Assembly (NCBI GenBank): GCA_002633005.1
Contig: NMRA01000028.1
Location: 796,986 to 860,985, forward strand
Source of the DNA: Phoronis australis
Lineage: Eukaryota; Animalia; Phoronida
Reading direction: 5' to 3'
DNA length: 64,000 nucleotides
Part shown: positions 1 to 13,600 of the stretch, in pieces
How the letters are laid out: the number at the start of each line of letters is the position of its first letter
Position numbering within the stretch: the first letter of the stretch is position 1
Notes under the pieces: generated by a model
What the model saw: only the letters and a program-made list of their open reading frames with translations
Told to the model about the DNA's origin: nothing
The model's database searches: none
Made by a program: the position numbers and the translations under genes

Positions 1-292
1 TCCAGTCTTTAATACTTACAGTGCCAGTTTTATAGGGTACACTGTCCCGTACCCGGCCGGCCGGACTCCAAGGGGACCCCGTCCGAATAAAAGGGGGTCA
101 CCAAATACTCTAATGTGAAAAGTTATTCCATTAAAAAGAGGAAAAAGTTGATTTCATGATCGGTCACCATCCTTCCATCGTCGGGTCACCTTCGTTAACA
201 TAGGGTTGCACATGTGATAAATACAGGAAATTGAGGGAATTCATTCCATCGTTGGGAAACATCGTATGAGTAGCCCCTGAAGGGTGACCATG

Positions 293-446
293 CATGGGCG
301 GCGCACCATAAGGGGCTGGGGGGGGGCTATAGCCCCCAATTTTTTCAGTGCTAGGCCGCACATGGTCTATAGGCGGTGCACCACAGGGAGGCTGAGGGGG
401 CTTTAGTTCCCCCCACCCACACTTTTTTTCGGCTGCGCCGCCCATG
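293..446. mobile_element. Short GC-rich MITE-like element (CATGGGCGGCGCA...TGCGCCGCCCATG)
   Basis: Terminal inverted repeats; inverted copy at 56273-56418 and half copy at about 8214-8285. Confidence 0.75.
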
Positions 447-1493
447 CCCGGCATGCCATGGAGCTCGGTTTAATATTAACTGACATACAGTTTCAAAGAT
501 AAAACGAAAAAGGACTCCATTACACCTTAATTTTCAAACACGATCTCTGGAAAATAATCTCCTGAGCTCTTAAAAATGAGTCAATTTCAAATTGCTATGG
601 AAAAACATCAGTACGTAACAATTTTTTTGAACATAAAGGCAATGAAAATAGTGGGAACGAGTTACTACTGGTCGCGACTACAAATAAAGATTTTTACCCT
701 TCTTCCTGTAAATGTGGGAGGAATAAGGGCATCGGCGCCACCCGGCTGCCTCGGCCTACCAGGCGTCCGGCGGCCTTGCCTCGCCGCGCCCCACTCCGCT
801 TCGATGTGACATAAAACGAAAGGCGAAAGACTAAATTCATGATCCGTGACGTTCTTAGAACTTACAATCTGAATTACAATCTCTATCGTCTTTCCTGTCT
901 CACCAGTGGTTGCACACGTTATTAAAATTGTTATAATTAGTTTACAACACGGCGTGCAACAACAGGACTTTCAACGCCGCCTGTGCTGGGTTGCATAACT
1001 GAAACTATCCGCTGGATGAGTTTAATTGTTGCATGACGTCAACAACGTGACGAGTGACAATGCGACGCCCCGTCTGCTATACAGCGTATAACTTTTATGC
1101 AACTGAGCCCAGATCAGTGCTCATGCTATTTAGGCGCCATGAAATCGGAATACAATGGCGTTCGAAACTGGCATTACTATATGAATTCATCACTATCCAA
1201 AAAAACCTCCCGAGGTGATTTTTAAAAATACACTCAACAGTAAGTTTAGTGGCCTTTCAGAACGGGAGCAGCTCGCTAGTAAGACGCCAGACGGGACATT
1301 AGTCCGAAGATCTACTAGTACTACTGCATTACTCCCAAATGAACGATAATGGGGAAAACAGTATGAAATTGGTAACATTCGCCACCACCAGGTACCGCTA
1401 GTTGACCTGACATCCATGTATGGCGGAAAGAGGGTTTTTAGACACTTGGGAATTTCCAGTTACACGCGGAAATATGTAGATTGAATGTATGTT

Positions 1494-1618
1494 ATGGGTA
1501 CAAACGCATCTGTTTTACAATGGTCTTGTTCAAACTGTTCTCATATCAATCCGTCAGATCGCATCCTTTGCATGGAATGTGGAATCCGGAGAACTAATGG
1601 CTCATCGAATGGTTTGAA
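1494..1618 (+). CDS. CAPN15: CAPN15 coding exon 1 (first RanBP2 zinc finger); not in the ORF track
   Basis: [33 protein letters not shown], resembling the Drosophila SOL N-terminus as I recall it (MGTISSVLQWSC); donor AA|GTAGGT, alternative donor G|GTTTGA after 1611. Confidence 0.85.
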
Positions 1619-4600
1619 GTAGGTACTTGCTGCGGACGAAGTTACACAACTTACACAGTTACACTTACACCGTTTCTACTCGTCTCCTTTCTCATTTAGC
1701 TGAATACGTGACTGCTCTGACCTGGCTTTGAGCTAACTTTAATGTCACTCTCGACACATTTACTGATTGAGTAGGTCATTGAGTGAACGGAATCGATCTA
1801 CGGCAATCCATGTGTAATGTGTTATACTTAGTTTACCAAGCACATAACATAAACTCAAAGCACTCAATCACTGAATAATGGGCCCGTTATTTAGTGGATG
1901 AAACTGGTTCTAATTCATGGTCTGTTATATATATCCGACCAGTGTCCTCAAGACACTCGTCGGATATAATGGACCCAGATTTAGAGAACCATGCAATTCA
2001 CTGAATAATGGTCCCATAATGGTTCTCTAAGTCATGATCCGAAATATCCGACTGATGTCTAAACTTAGTTGGACCGTGTTATCTGGGGAATGCCTTTAAA
2101 ATATAGCATCACGTGTACAGTTTTTGAAATTTAAACTCTCTCTTGTTCCTCGACTCAATGAAAACGTGTGTGTAGTTAAACAATCAAAATATGAAACACC
2201 CTTCGTCATTATTTTTCAACAGCCTCAAGTCTTGAGAGATTTGAAAAGCTTGTGGAAACATTTCTGAAAGAATGTGTTATTGTGAATGCAATGATTGTGT
2301 AAGGTTATATGCTTTAAGTAGTAAGCCTGTGTTTTGATTGGAATTTTTTGCTTGTTTCTGTTTCCATTTCATTGTATACACTCCATCTGCACATGTTTCT
2401 CCTCACTCATTGTACCTATTCCAGTTATTTTATCGAAAACTAGCAGATCTCTGCTAATGTTTCTGGTTTGTAACGTATCTGACGTAAATTAAATTTTATT
2501 CTATTCTATTACTAGAAGACATTCTACGGTATTCATTTGGGCTTTTTGAGCCTAAGAGTTGTAGCTGGATTCCCGAATTTGACCTTGGGCCATCTATTCA
2601 CATACTTGGTCATATCATTGTCCTGGCATTGTGCCTCATGTCAATACCACATGAAAGAAGTATAGTAGAAAAATACTTTGTTCCTCTCGCTTTAAAGCCA
2701 TGCATCTTAACCAGTCAATCAAAGAGCAATTGTGCGTAGGCAAGTGACTAAGGGAGGTCATTATGGCACTCACTGCAGATTCTCCACACTCTACCCCATC
2801 TCATAAGTGGTCACAGTACCTGACACTCAACTTCAGCTCTGCCCCCTCTGCAGGTAGCTGAGTAGCTTAGTTATCAACTCTAGATGAGCATCTTATCAAA
2901 TCCTGAATCAACATATCCCAAAGCAGCTGTTTATATTCAGGCATTTTATAATATATTCACCTTTTTCTAGATAAATGTTGTATTGAAGTTGTCTTTTTGA
3001 TATTTAGGGATTTGGACAATTATGAAGTTGCTGGTACAAGTCATGACCTCTGTGACAAACACCTTGATGACAGACTCCAGCATTGTGAGAGTATTGACTG
3101 TGATGGCCACTCAAGTGCTTGTTTAACTGAGGTCTTTCAGGCAGTAGATGTTGGTGAACCAAGTCGTCCAATAATATCCGGCAATCCTGTACATGTGTCC
3201 TGTACTAAAGGAAACTGTTCTAAACCACTCAACTCAGTGATAATTACTTCAAATGAAAGGGGAATTGTTGGAGAGACTAGTACACAGTCATTGGGCATTT
3301 CCTGGCCCAAAGATGAAGAAATGAGTAACATGGCGTTGTATGGTGACTGGATCTGTACTAAGTGCACGCTTAAGAACAGTTTCCATGATGATAAATGTGT
3401 TGTCTGTGGTAATGAGAAGTGCACTAGTGGTGATGAGTCAGGTATGCTTGCAGCAGGTCGACCCGAGCCAATAGGTCAAGAGGCCCTTGATGAGATGTGC
3501 GTGGATTGTGCAGAAGTCGCTGGTACAAAGAGAACTAGGACCCAGTGTTTCTGGATCTGTAATCACTGTGGAAAAGAAGGAAATCACTTCCAGTCTAAAA
3601 AGTGTAAGATGTGCAATCGCGTGCGCAACTGTGGAACCCCTGTGGAGATCGGTGATGACGAAGTCAGTAGCAAGCATTTGCCTAGTAAGAAACCTGGTGG
3701 CAAGAGAGTTGATCAGAGGAAATCCCCAGCAGGAGCCAGTGGGGATGCCTGGGAGTGTGTGAAGTGTACTCTTGTGAATAAGAGCAGCTTACGGGTATGT
3801 CAGGCATGTGGTGGTTCAAGAAAGATGGACAAGGACACTGCGGCACAGTCGCTGAAGCGATCCGAGTCCTGGGAATGTTCCAAGTGTACTCTGTGGAACC
3901 CTAGGACGGCACATATCTGCGCAGCCTGTGGAGCCAAGCGAAGGGTTCGTCTTCCTACTGAGGATGATGTGGATTTCTCACCCTTTGCTCAGAATGTTTC
4001 ATCGTCTGCCATTGTATTGTGGCAGTGCTCTGTTTGTACGTTTGAAAACGACGGCACAGAGGTAACTTGCAGAATGTGTGACAATCCCCAAGTTAGTAAG
4101 AAATCAACTAAAAGGCGCTCTACGTCCAAGATGCCAGCCAAGGTCACCCCCGTAAACAATGGCCCAGTTAAAAAGTGCGAACAATGCACCTGTCAAAATG
4201 CAGTTAATGCCCAACAGTGCATGATGTGCAGTCGTGGAAAACATGGCGGCCATTCACCATCACAGTCAGCAGCAGCTCTCTCTGATGTTGCAAATAGAAT
4301 ACCCACGCCACCATCCTCCGGCACTCTGACCTCCCCATTTACTCTGACAAGACAACAAAGCCGCCTCATTGACGACTTAAGAAAAATTGAAGAAATGGAA
4401 GCCAAGGAGTTGTGGAGCAAGATTGTAGCATTTTGCCAACAGGTGGAGTGTCACCTAAACATAACATCCTAATCTGTTTTTAACTCGGTCTGAGAACAAT
4501 TGACCTCATTTTTACTCAGTCTGTATTCTTCAAGTGGTGTTATTAACCAAACAGCCCTCTTTTTGCTTTCTGAACAGATTGAGAAAAAAGCTTTTTACCA

Positions 4601-7600
4601 GCAAAAACTGAGGATCCCACTTGACTGCTTGAATATAAGCATTTATGTCAGGGAATTTGATGAATTTCAAGCTCTCCATTGGTCAAGTCAGATTGTAGGT
4701 CACCATTGATAACTTGTGCATTATTTGAGTATTGGTATTTACTTTATGTCTTCAGTTGCACATGGTTTCAATGTTATTTCATGTGGTTTAACACTCGCTT
4801 ATTGTATCAGCAATGTTGAGTGTTGTTGTAAGTCAACACTCTTGAACATGAACATGGTGTAATATGTTAAAAAAGATAAACAACTGACTGTTCGCAGTTA
4901 AGAAAATGACACCTTTTTCAAATGATGCTGAAACCAATGCAAAAATTATGATATTTTTTCAATATTATTTTATGTATAGACTGAACCAAAATTACATGAC
5001 GGAAACAATGATCAGTTTGCATTTCAAGGAAGTCATAACTTTTTTCAAGTCAGTTAAATAATGGAAATGAACACATAGTTTATGTAGCAATTCATCCTAA
5101 ATCAGGAATGTGTAGTCACAGCAGACGTGTGGTGCTCAACACAGTGTCCACCATCAATACCCCTCTTTGGTTCAACAAATTGGATTCTTTTAATGCTATT
5201 TCAACTGTTTTACTTGTATAAGTGCTTTAGTTTGCCAGATATATCTGGTGTAAATAGTAGGTACATTGCTGTTTTTAAACCACAATGTTTTGTTTTTATT
5301 TTTCTAATTTTCTTACCCATAAATTCTCATTCCTTCAAAAGCTGTTATAGTAAATTTGCATCTGTTTTCATGTATTTTGGGAATTATATAAGACTTGGTA
5401 ATTTATTAAATGGATACTCACATTGAAGAAAACATCAGACTGCGTGACTTTGACCTTAAGACTTTTTACTGTATTTTCTAGAACAAGGAGAAGTTCGTGG
5501 ATGACTCGTTTGTACCCGCTGCAGTCTCCCTTTACTGTAATCCTATGATTCCCAAGAGTAAGTCTGTGGTGAAGTGGCTTCGGCCGGAGGAGACCACCAT
5601 GTCTTCCAGCGAGGATACTATTTCATGGACCGTCTTTCGCCATACGCTTATGGCCACAGACATATCTCAGGGAATTCTGGGAAACTGCTGGTTGGTATAT
5701 TGCTTTTTTCACTGTTGCTGTTATTATGTCTTGTGAGAAATGGAATAATTGTGTTTCTATCCTAATTATTGGAATCCTCCATACTTACGAGGTAGCTGCA
5801 GCACCCATTGCTTCCAACTGATGATTTCACCACATCATACTGAATCCATCTGTCATCCATTGTCAGGTTTCTCAGTGCATTGGCGGTTCTCGCTGAACGA
5901 CCGGAGTTGGTGAAAAAGATTATGGTAACTCAAGACTACTGTGCAGAGGGAGCTTATCAAGTGCGACTCTGTAAGGACGGCATCTGGAAGACCATCCTTG
6001 TCGACGATCTGTTCCCATGTAATGCTGCAGGTCATTTAGTCTACTCCAAGGTGGGTGGGAGTCTATGTCAGTGTCTGGGGTTTGTGGGAAGGGTTCTCTT
6101 GTCAAATGTGTTGTCATTATATTTTTGGACATTCAATTCTGTTTGTTTTATTAAAATAACTGTCATTAGTTAGTTTTGTGCATGCAACCTGAAATACATA
6201 GCTGAGTTCAGCAGTGCTTAGTCTTGATGATATGATGGCAAGAACTTAGAGGCAGAAACATAAAGTGAACATTATCAAGTAGACTCATTGTTGCCAAGGT
6301 CTCTCATGTGCATAACTTTGGGTCACAAAAAATGTTTCATGATTTCGTAATCCATTACAAAGACTGGATTGTCACATGTTTACTTCTAAATTTCTGGTTT
6401 GTTTACAGGCCAAAAGGAAACAGTTGTGGGTACCACTGATTGAGAAAGCACTCGCCAAGCTTCATGGATGTTATGAAGCCATTATAGCTGGCCGGTGTAT
6501 AGAGGGTTTGGCCACATTGACTGGAGCACCTTGTGATAGTGTCATGCTCCATGGTATGAAAGAGAATTGGTTGTTTAGACTTGAGTGTTATGAAGCAGGT
6601 AGCATTATTCTATAAAGGGTTTAGTCACTGCAACTGGCGCACCTTGTGATTGCGAGGTGTGTCAGGACATTATTGAGTAGTAGCAGGAAGAGATAACCAG
6701 GAAGGGACAACTGTTTTAGCGCATTTTAACGGATATTCAAAAGGGATTTCAAAAGTAAATGTTAAAGTCGTCTGGAATCCAAGCATTGTCTTCGAAAGCT
6801 TAACTCTTTATCTATAAAATGACACCACTTTGGTCCCCAAAGACTGCATATTAATGGCACTAGGATGCTTTGAACGTGACTTGTTTTACCCTTAAAAAGA
6901 TGCCTCTTCCCAGGCATGTACTCGGGCATGATCCTCTTTTTTGAACCAACAGATGTCACTTATATATGCAAATGAGGCTCGCATCTCCTACATCATATGA
7001 CGTCATACGATGTCATACGACGCGAACTTCCAATTTGAACCCTCCCGTCCGGTGCCTATAGCGAATGACTTGAAACCCAGTGTTCTACCTGATTGGGCAG
7101 ATCTAAGAAAATTAAGAACTCACACAAGTCAATGTTCAAAGAACATTGAATGGTTTCACATGAAAATACATTTAATTGTATTTGGATACGCTTGCATATG
7201 TGTAAGCGTGGACTTTGTCATTTTGCCATCCAGATTTAGAAGCAAGTGTTAGTCAAGAAATAAGCTGCTCCCGCCACGGGTGGCAGGTGTCGTGGCGTCC
7301 GAGTCGCCGGGAAGTCCGATCCATGCATGCGCAATTCGACGAACTAATGCTAGTCGCTGGTCAGCTCCGCTATGATTCATACGCAATTCGAACAATGCTA
7401 GTCGCTGGTCAGCTCCGCTATGATTCATTTGAGACGTGCGGCTTAGCTCGAACCTATACCCGAGTTCTGGCTCCAATGTCGTTCTGTTTGACCCAGTTTC
7501 GGGAAAAGTTTATTTTAATACGGTCATTTCCTGAAGATTTTTTTGAAAGATATGATCTCGAAATCCTTGGCCAATAGAGCTGTTGAAACACAGCCACTGG

Positions 7601-10600
7601 TCCAGCTTCTGCCGCTGGGCGGCTGGGGAAAATGCTATCGCGTGTCCCAAAAATGCACACACTTCAACTCCTGCAGTTCAAGTTCTTTTCCCGTCAATCA
7701 CTGTGCGCGGATTCTACGCGGGCAGCCAACACCTTATTTTTAACGTGGGTGCGTCACTGAGTAACGACGTGTCCAGCCTTTGCAGTATGCACGGGAATGT
7801 CAAGTTAACGATTCGCTTTAGAAGAACCTAAATTCATTGCACAATACTACTGGGAACTACAAGCATCAAGGAAATGCAAAGACAATCTTTCCAAATTTAC
7901 GAGTAATGACTTGAATTTCTTTTTCGATCCGATCTACGGTTTGTAAATTTTTGAATTTCTTTAGTCTAGTTTTTTTAAAATTCAATACATTCATGAATAT
8001 CACTGTTATCGTTTAGAGTCCTTCTTTGCGATATGGTGGTCTGATGATGGTTCGAATTTTTGCAAGTCCATCCTTCAGCCTTCAACTAAGTTCAGTGACG
8101 CATCGCCATTTCTTACAAGACAGCTCCTGTGTTGTGCACGAATATTTTGTGTTTTTGATGAATTTGAAATCTCAACTTCCCCTCGTGTAGTTGGCAGTGT
8201 CACGTCGGAGGTGTATAGAGGGCGCAGCACTGAAAAAAGTGGGGGCTAAAGCCCCCTCAGCCTCCCTGCAGTGCACCGCCTATGGACCACTGAAAAACTT
8301 GAACTGAATAAAAGGAGAATGCCAACCGATTTAATTAGTCTTTTTGGCCTTATTAATTGGTCTATATCCATGCACATCGCCTCGCACACGGTCGACCTTA
8401 TCTTGCCAAGAGGTGTCTCGTTAACCTGTGAGGAAGGTGAGAAACGACGCTAGCGACATCAATGGTTCATCTGCACTAAATGAGAGTGAATGCCGCTATG
8501 TTGCAGTGCATTGTTTCCGCTTGTGCGAGCTATGCAGCTGCGAGGAAAGCGGGAATATCGTTTTTTCGACTTCCTCGAGAGTCCGAAATGTTTAGGAAGT
8601 GGATCGCAGTAGTGAAGAATGAAAAGTACGCTGTCATTTAGTCTACTCCAAGGTGGGTGGGAGTCTATGTCAGTGTCTGGGGTTTGTGGGAAGGGTTCTC
8701 TTGTCAAATGTGTTGTCATTATATTTTTGGACATTCAATTCTGTTTGTTTTATTAAAATAACTGTCATTAGTTAGTTTTGTGCATGCAACCTGAAATACA
8801 TAGCTGAGTTCAGCAGTGCTTAGTCTTGATGATATGATGGCAAGAACTTAGAGGCAGAAACATAAAGTGAACATTATCAAGTAGACTCATTGTTGCCAAG
8901 GTCTCTCATGTGCATAACTTTGGGTCACAAAAAATGTTTCATGATTTCGTAATCCATTACAAAGACTGGATTGTCACATGTTTACTTCTATGGAGAATTT
9001 CAACAGGAGTTTGCTGTAGACTTAGTCGCGAAGCTGCAGACATTCCAGCCACGGTTACTGTCGGTCCTTTGAAGCAATTATAGCACATATATACGATTTT
9101 TTAAGAATGGCAAGGGTGCGTTTTGTGTTGACGGAAATGTCCATTGCGTCGAGGAATCTGAGGCATTTAATGATGAACAACTGTTGTGGCTTAATTTGGA
9201 AAAACACTTAGCATGGCTTAATTTGGAAAAACACTTAGCAAAACTAACTTCCAAGTATGCATACTGTGGCAGAATTAAGAAATACGATTATGGCAGTGCT
9301 AACTGTAGCAGAGCCACAAAGTGTGCTAAAATGGTAGGAAATTAGGCATAACATTTCTGTAGCAGATAAAAGGTTGATTGGCGCAGGAAAAGGCCGAGGT
9401 CTTTAATGCTCAGAAAGATTTCGGCAGGCAAGAGACTTGCCAAGAAAATGACACAGTTGAGTCCGGGCATTCTAAAGGAAAGAACAGCAGCCAATTCCAG
9501 TTACTCGGTGCAACTTCTCTCACCCGACGCGTTGTTTCACGATACCGCAACCTCAAACAACGTCAAAGAAACGAAACGCGGAGGGTGAGATATTTCAGAG
9601 TATTAATATTTATTCTTGGATACAGGTGTCCAACTCAAAATGAATAACCCACGGTCATTCTTTATGCCGATAGCAATGTTTTCGGCAAAGAACAGGAATC
9701 ATAGACATCCCGCGCGCTCCTTCTATGGTTCTGACACTTCAAACTTTCAACACGATCGGTAGCCGCAGAAAGTTTGATGTTGACCTCATTCTAATCTTCT
9801 CTGCAATCCACAATCTGGGGACGAAAACAATTCAGATCCGCTCCTCGAAATAGGGCTTGCTTAGCTGGAATTCAGAACTGCGGTCATGAGAGTGTTTTCA
9901 CCTCCTGATTTCGAAGCGATCGAGTTAGCTGTGGTATCTTCATCAGCGCGTGCTCTCAGCGGGAGGTCAGCCTTCACAAGCAATCCGTGACGTCAGCTTG
10001 TGAGGCCCGGGAACCAGGTTACGCTTTATCCACTCAAGCGCTCGACAACTAAACTGACGAGAGTCTCAGAACTCCCACATGCAAATTTGATATGCAAATG
10101 AGGTAGTACTTGACTACTGCGCCATCTATACATCGACAGAAAAGCTTAAATACCCGTGACTGCGTGTGGGAAATTGCGATTGCGTGCGCTGAAGTCGATA
10201 TTTTCAAAGTACAATTACACCACTGTTTAAGTTTGAAAAGTGAGTTTTTTTGATATCCTTCTATAGAAAAAGCTTTAATCTCTCTGATAAAATCATCTGT
10301 TTCCTTTTAAATGAAACTTAAGTCCTGAAATTAGTCCGGGGAAGGAGGCCAAAAATGGCGGTTTAGCTAGTTGTCCCTTCCTGGTTATCTCTTCCTGGTA
10401 GTTAGGTATGAAGACTGGTAGTTATTAGATGCATCATTAAGGTACAAAATATGCACTTTTAAGTGTATCTTGTGGCTCATGATTTCCTCTATGTTATGTT
10501 TTGTCATGTATGATGTAGTGTTTTTTCACAATAATAGATGTGTAATGAAAATAATATACAGTACAATTGCCAACAAGTTTCAACCCCTACACTGTCATTC

Positions 10601-13600
10601 TTAAGGCTAAGGAAATATGGCTGCCCTAATACAGGGTGTCACTAAAATGAGAAAACCTACATAAGCAAGGTTAATTACACAATGTGGAATCACAGTCCTA
10701 CATGTACACTGACATTCTGTAATGAGTAACCTGGATGTTCAGGTCAGGATGTAGTGTATAGTGTGCTTAGAGTTACACGAAGTGATTGTTGCATACAGTA
10801 CACTACATTCCCATCTTGCAGCTTCGGGCAATAAAGATGAAGACGTGGACCCCAACTTGATATGGGCTCAGCTACTGAGTTGTCGGGAGTCAGGGTATGT
10901 CAGTGGTTACACTGATGCAACTCTTATTACATAATCTAACCAGTGTGATGTGATCTACTTGATGAATACTGCAAATCTTGCAAGTGTCAAATAAAACTAT
11001 TAATTTGCTGGGACGGCCCATTTACAAGTACCTCTGCCTCAGATTTTTAAAATATCGGATGATGTTAACTACATTATGGAATTGGAAACTAATAAAGTGC
11101 TAACATGGTGCTGGTTATCTTACATAATGTGTTATGCCTCATGCAGTGTCCAAATTGATGACATTTTGCTGTAGCTGGCTGTTTGACCAAACTGTCAACC
11201 TTTTAATACTCAAATTCCTTCTATAAATAGCAACCATCGCTCCATAACCTAGAGTAGTGTTGACTTCTGGGCTGTGTTCTATTGCCCTGGTATTGGCGAA
11301 TATTTTAATTGTCAAATTTGATGGCCATCAATGCGAAGAAGGCTGCTCACTCACTGTAAAAATGTCTCGAACTGACAACACTCTCATTTCTTTGTCTTAA
11401 TATGTGCAGGTACTTATTAGGTGCCTCATGCGGTGGAGGCAATATGAAAGTGGTTGATTCAGACTACGAGGCCCTAGGCTTGAGAGCCAGGCATGCATAC
11501 TCCATTCTGGACGTGCAAGAAATACAACTTAACAGGTAAGCAGGCGAACTATTGTGTCATTTGGCAAGTGAGAAGATATGACTGTTTTTTTATTGTCTCC
11601 ACAGATAAAGGTTTTCTAGTGATGTTGTTTTGCGTTAAACAATTTTTAATTTGGGTCAATCTTTGAAATTTGAGACTGCAAAATTTTTTGGTGCTTATCA
11701 AGTGTTTTTTCTCTGATGTTTCAAAATTGTGGACATGACCCTGAATAGTAAGGTTAACTGTCAACACTATGCTGAAGTATATAATTTAGTACATTCTCCA
11801 ACACCTGATTTCACATTGAATTTGTTCGCAAGCAGTCATACTGAATTTGTTTTCTACTTAATGCTTTCAAGTCCTTAGGTTTGCCTGTTTGTTAGTTTCA
11901 TTTGCTCCTTGTAGTTTTCTGTCATTGCTGTTGTCCTGTAAGTTACTTTTCTCTGTTAGCAAGAAATATAGTTTACTGAAGCCTTTGATACGTGTCATGT
12001 TGATTCTTGTTGACATGTTTTGTGTTGATTCTTGTTGATATGTGTTGTGTTGATTCTTGTTGATTTATGTCTTATCACTTGAAAGCATTACAATAGTTTA
12101 CAGTCCACTGGATATTTTAACTGACAATATTGTTTTGATTAGACTCGTGCGACTGCGAAATCCATGGGGGCGGTTTTCCTGGAAAGGCGATTGGTCAGAT
12201 GGCTCAACCAAGTGGAATGAGCTGGACTCAAATGAGAAGGACCGACTGATGGCCCACGGGGCTCACGAAGGGGTTTTCTGGATGTCTTTTCAAGACTTTA
12301 TGAAGTACGTGGCGTTAGATTTGTCTTGTGACAGAGACTACTGAATAAGTTGGTTTAAGGTCATGTGTAACATTATTGGCGATTTTCTGCATTTAACTAA
12401 ATAACTACAAAACTATAAAAAAATTATCTGGGTAAAAGTATGTATTTTTGAAAGTAGAAAACCAGTAGAATTTGATTTTTGACTTTTTCCAATTGGTCAG
12501 TTTTTGGCACTTGTGTCGTTTTATTAAAATTAAATGAAGAAAAAAAGGTGTATTCAAAATGAAATAATGATTTCTTTTAAAAATGTCATAAATTTTCTTT
12601 TCATATAAATTTTTTTGATGAACTCTCACTGTTTCAGTTTCCTTAATTATGATCTTTTTTGTCTGATGCTACTAAAAAGTCCTGTATTTGATAATTGAAC
12701 ATAATTCCTAACAAAGTTAGAATCCTGTCATCTGCTTCTGAGGTATGTTGTTAAGCCAAACTGGGGCATTTTTCTGTGGTCTCGTATACCCTTAAACTTG
12801 ACTAACTTACATGCGTCTTACCACTATAAAATTGTTCTCAAAATGATTTCTGTATTTTCAAAAAAATTAGTTATTCCTCGAGACCATGCTGACACCATAA
12901 AATGGCACGCCATGACAAGCCAACTTGTAGAGTCTTGTCTAGCAATAACGAACTGTTAGTTCTTTTGAAGCCTTTTAATCACCTTGATAATTTGAGTTAG
13001 GAACAGTTTGAGACCTATTTTATTATGGTAAGCAGAGTAGAGCAAGTGTTGATTTTTGTCGTTCATAGTCACTTTAATGTGTTTTTATTTGATAAATTAT
13101 TCCACCTGTCATCTGAAAATTCCTTCTAAAAGATTTCTTGTAAGTGAAGCTCGACTTGGGAAACCTTTCCATCAAATCAATGAAACACATCACAAGTTTC
13201 AACTCACTAATTGAGTGTTAAAGACTTGGTGATTACTTTAACGTTTAGCAATTAAAGCTATTTTATGACGTCTTCTGTCAAAAGTTAACATTTGGTTGAA
13301 CTGATGTCACTTACAATTATTGAGCCCAAATCACTCAAATTAGAGGTAATTTCAGAGCTTGGAAGCAACATTATTTTGCTTAAGACTGTCAGAATATTGT
13401 CTGACAGTATTTTTAGTTCTATTGTTTTGTTTTCTTATTGTGTTTGATTGGCATGACCCCTGAGTTAAGTACAGTGATGATGTAATTTGTTTAATACAAA
13501 ATAGTGTGGAGCTTTCTAGAAAACTGAGGTCAGAACAGTGATGATGTAATTTGTTTACTACAGTATAGTGTGGAATTTTCTAGAAGACTCTAGCATGACA

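Noticed and set aside
164-454. 96-aa Pro/Gly-rich ORF
   Set aside because: Mostly the GC-rich MITE; no domain support
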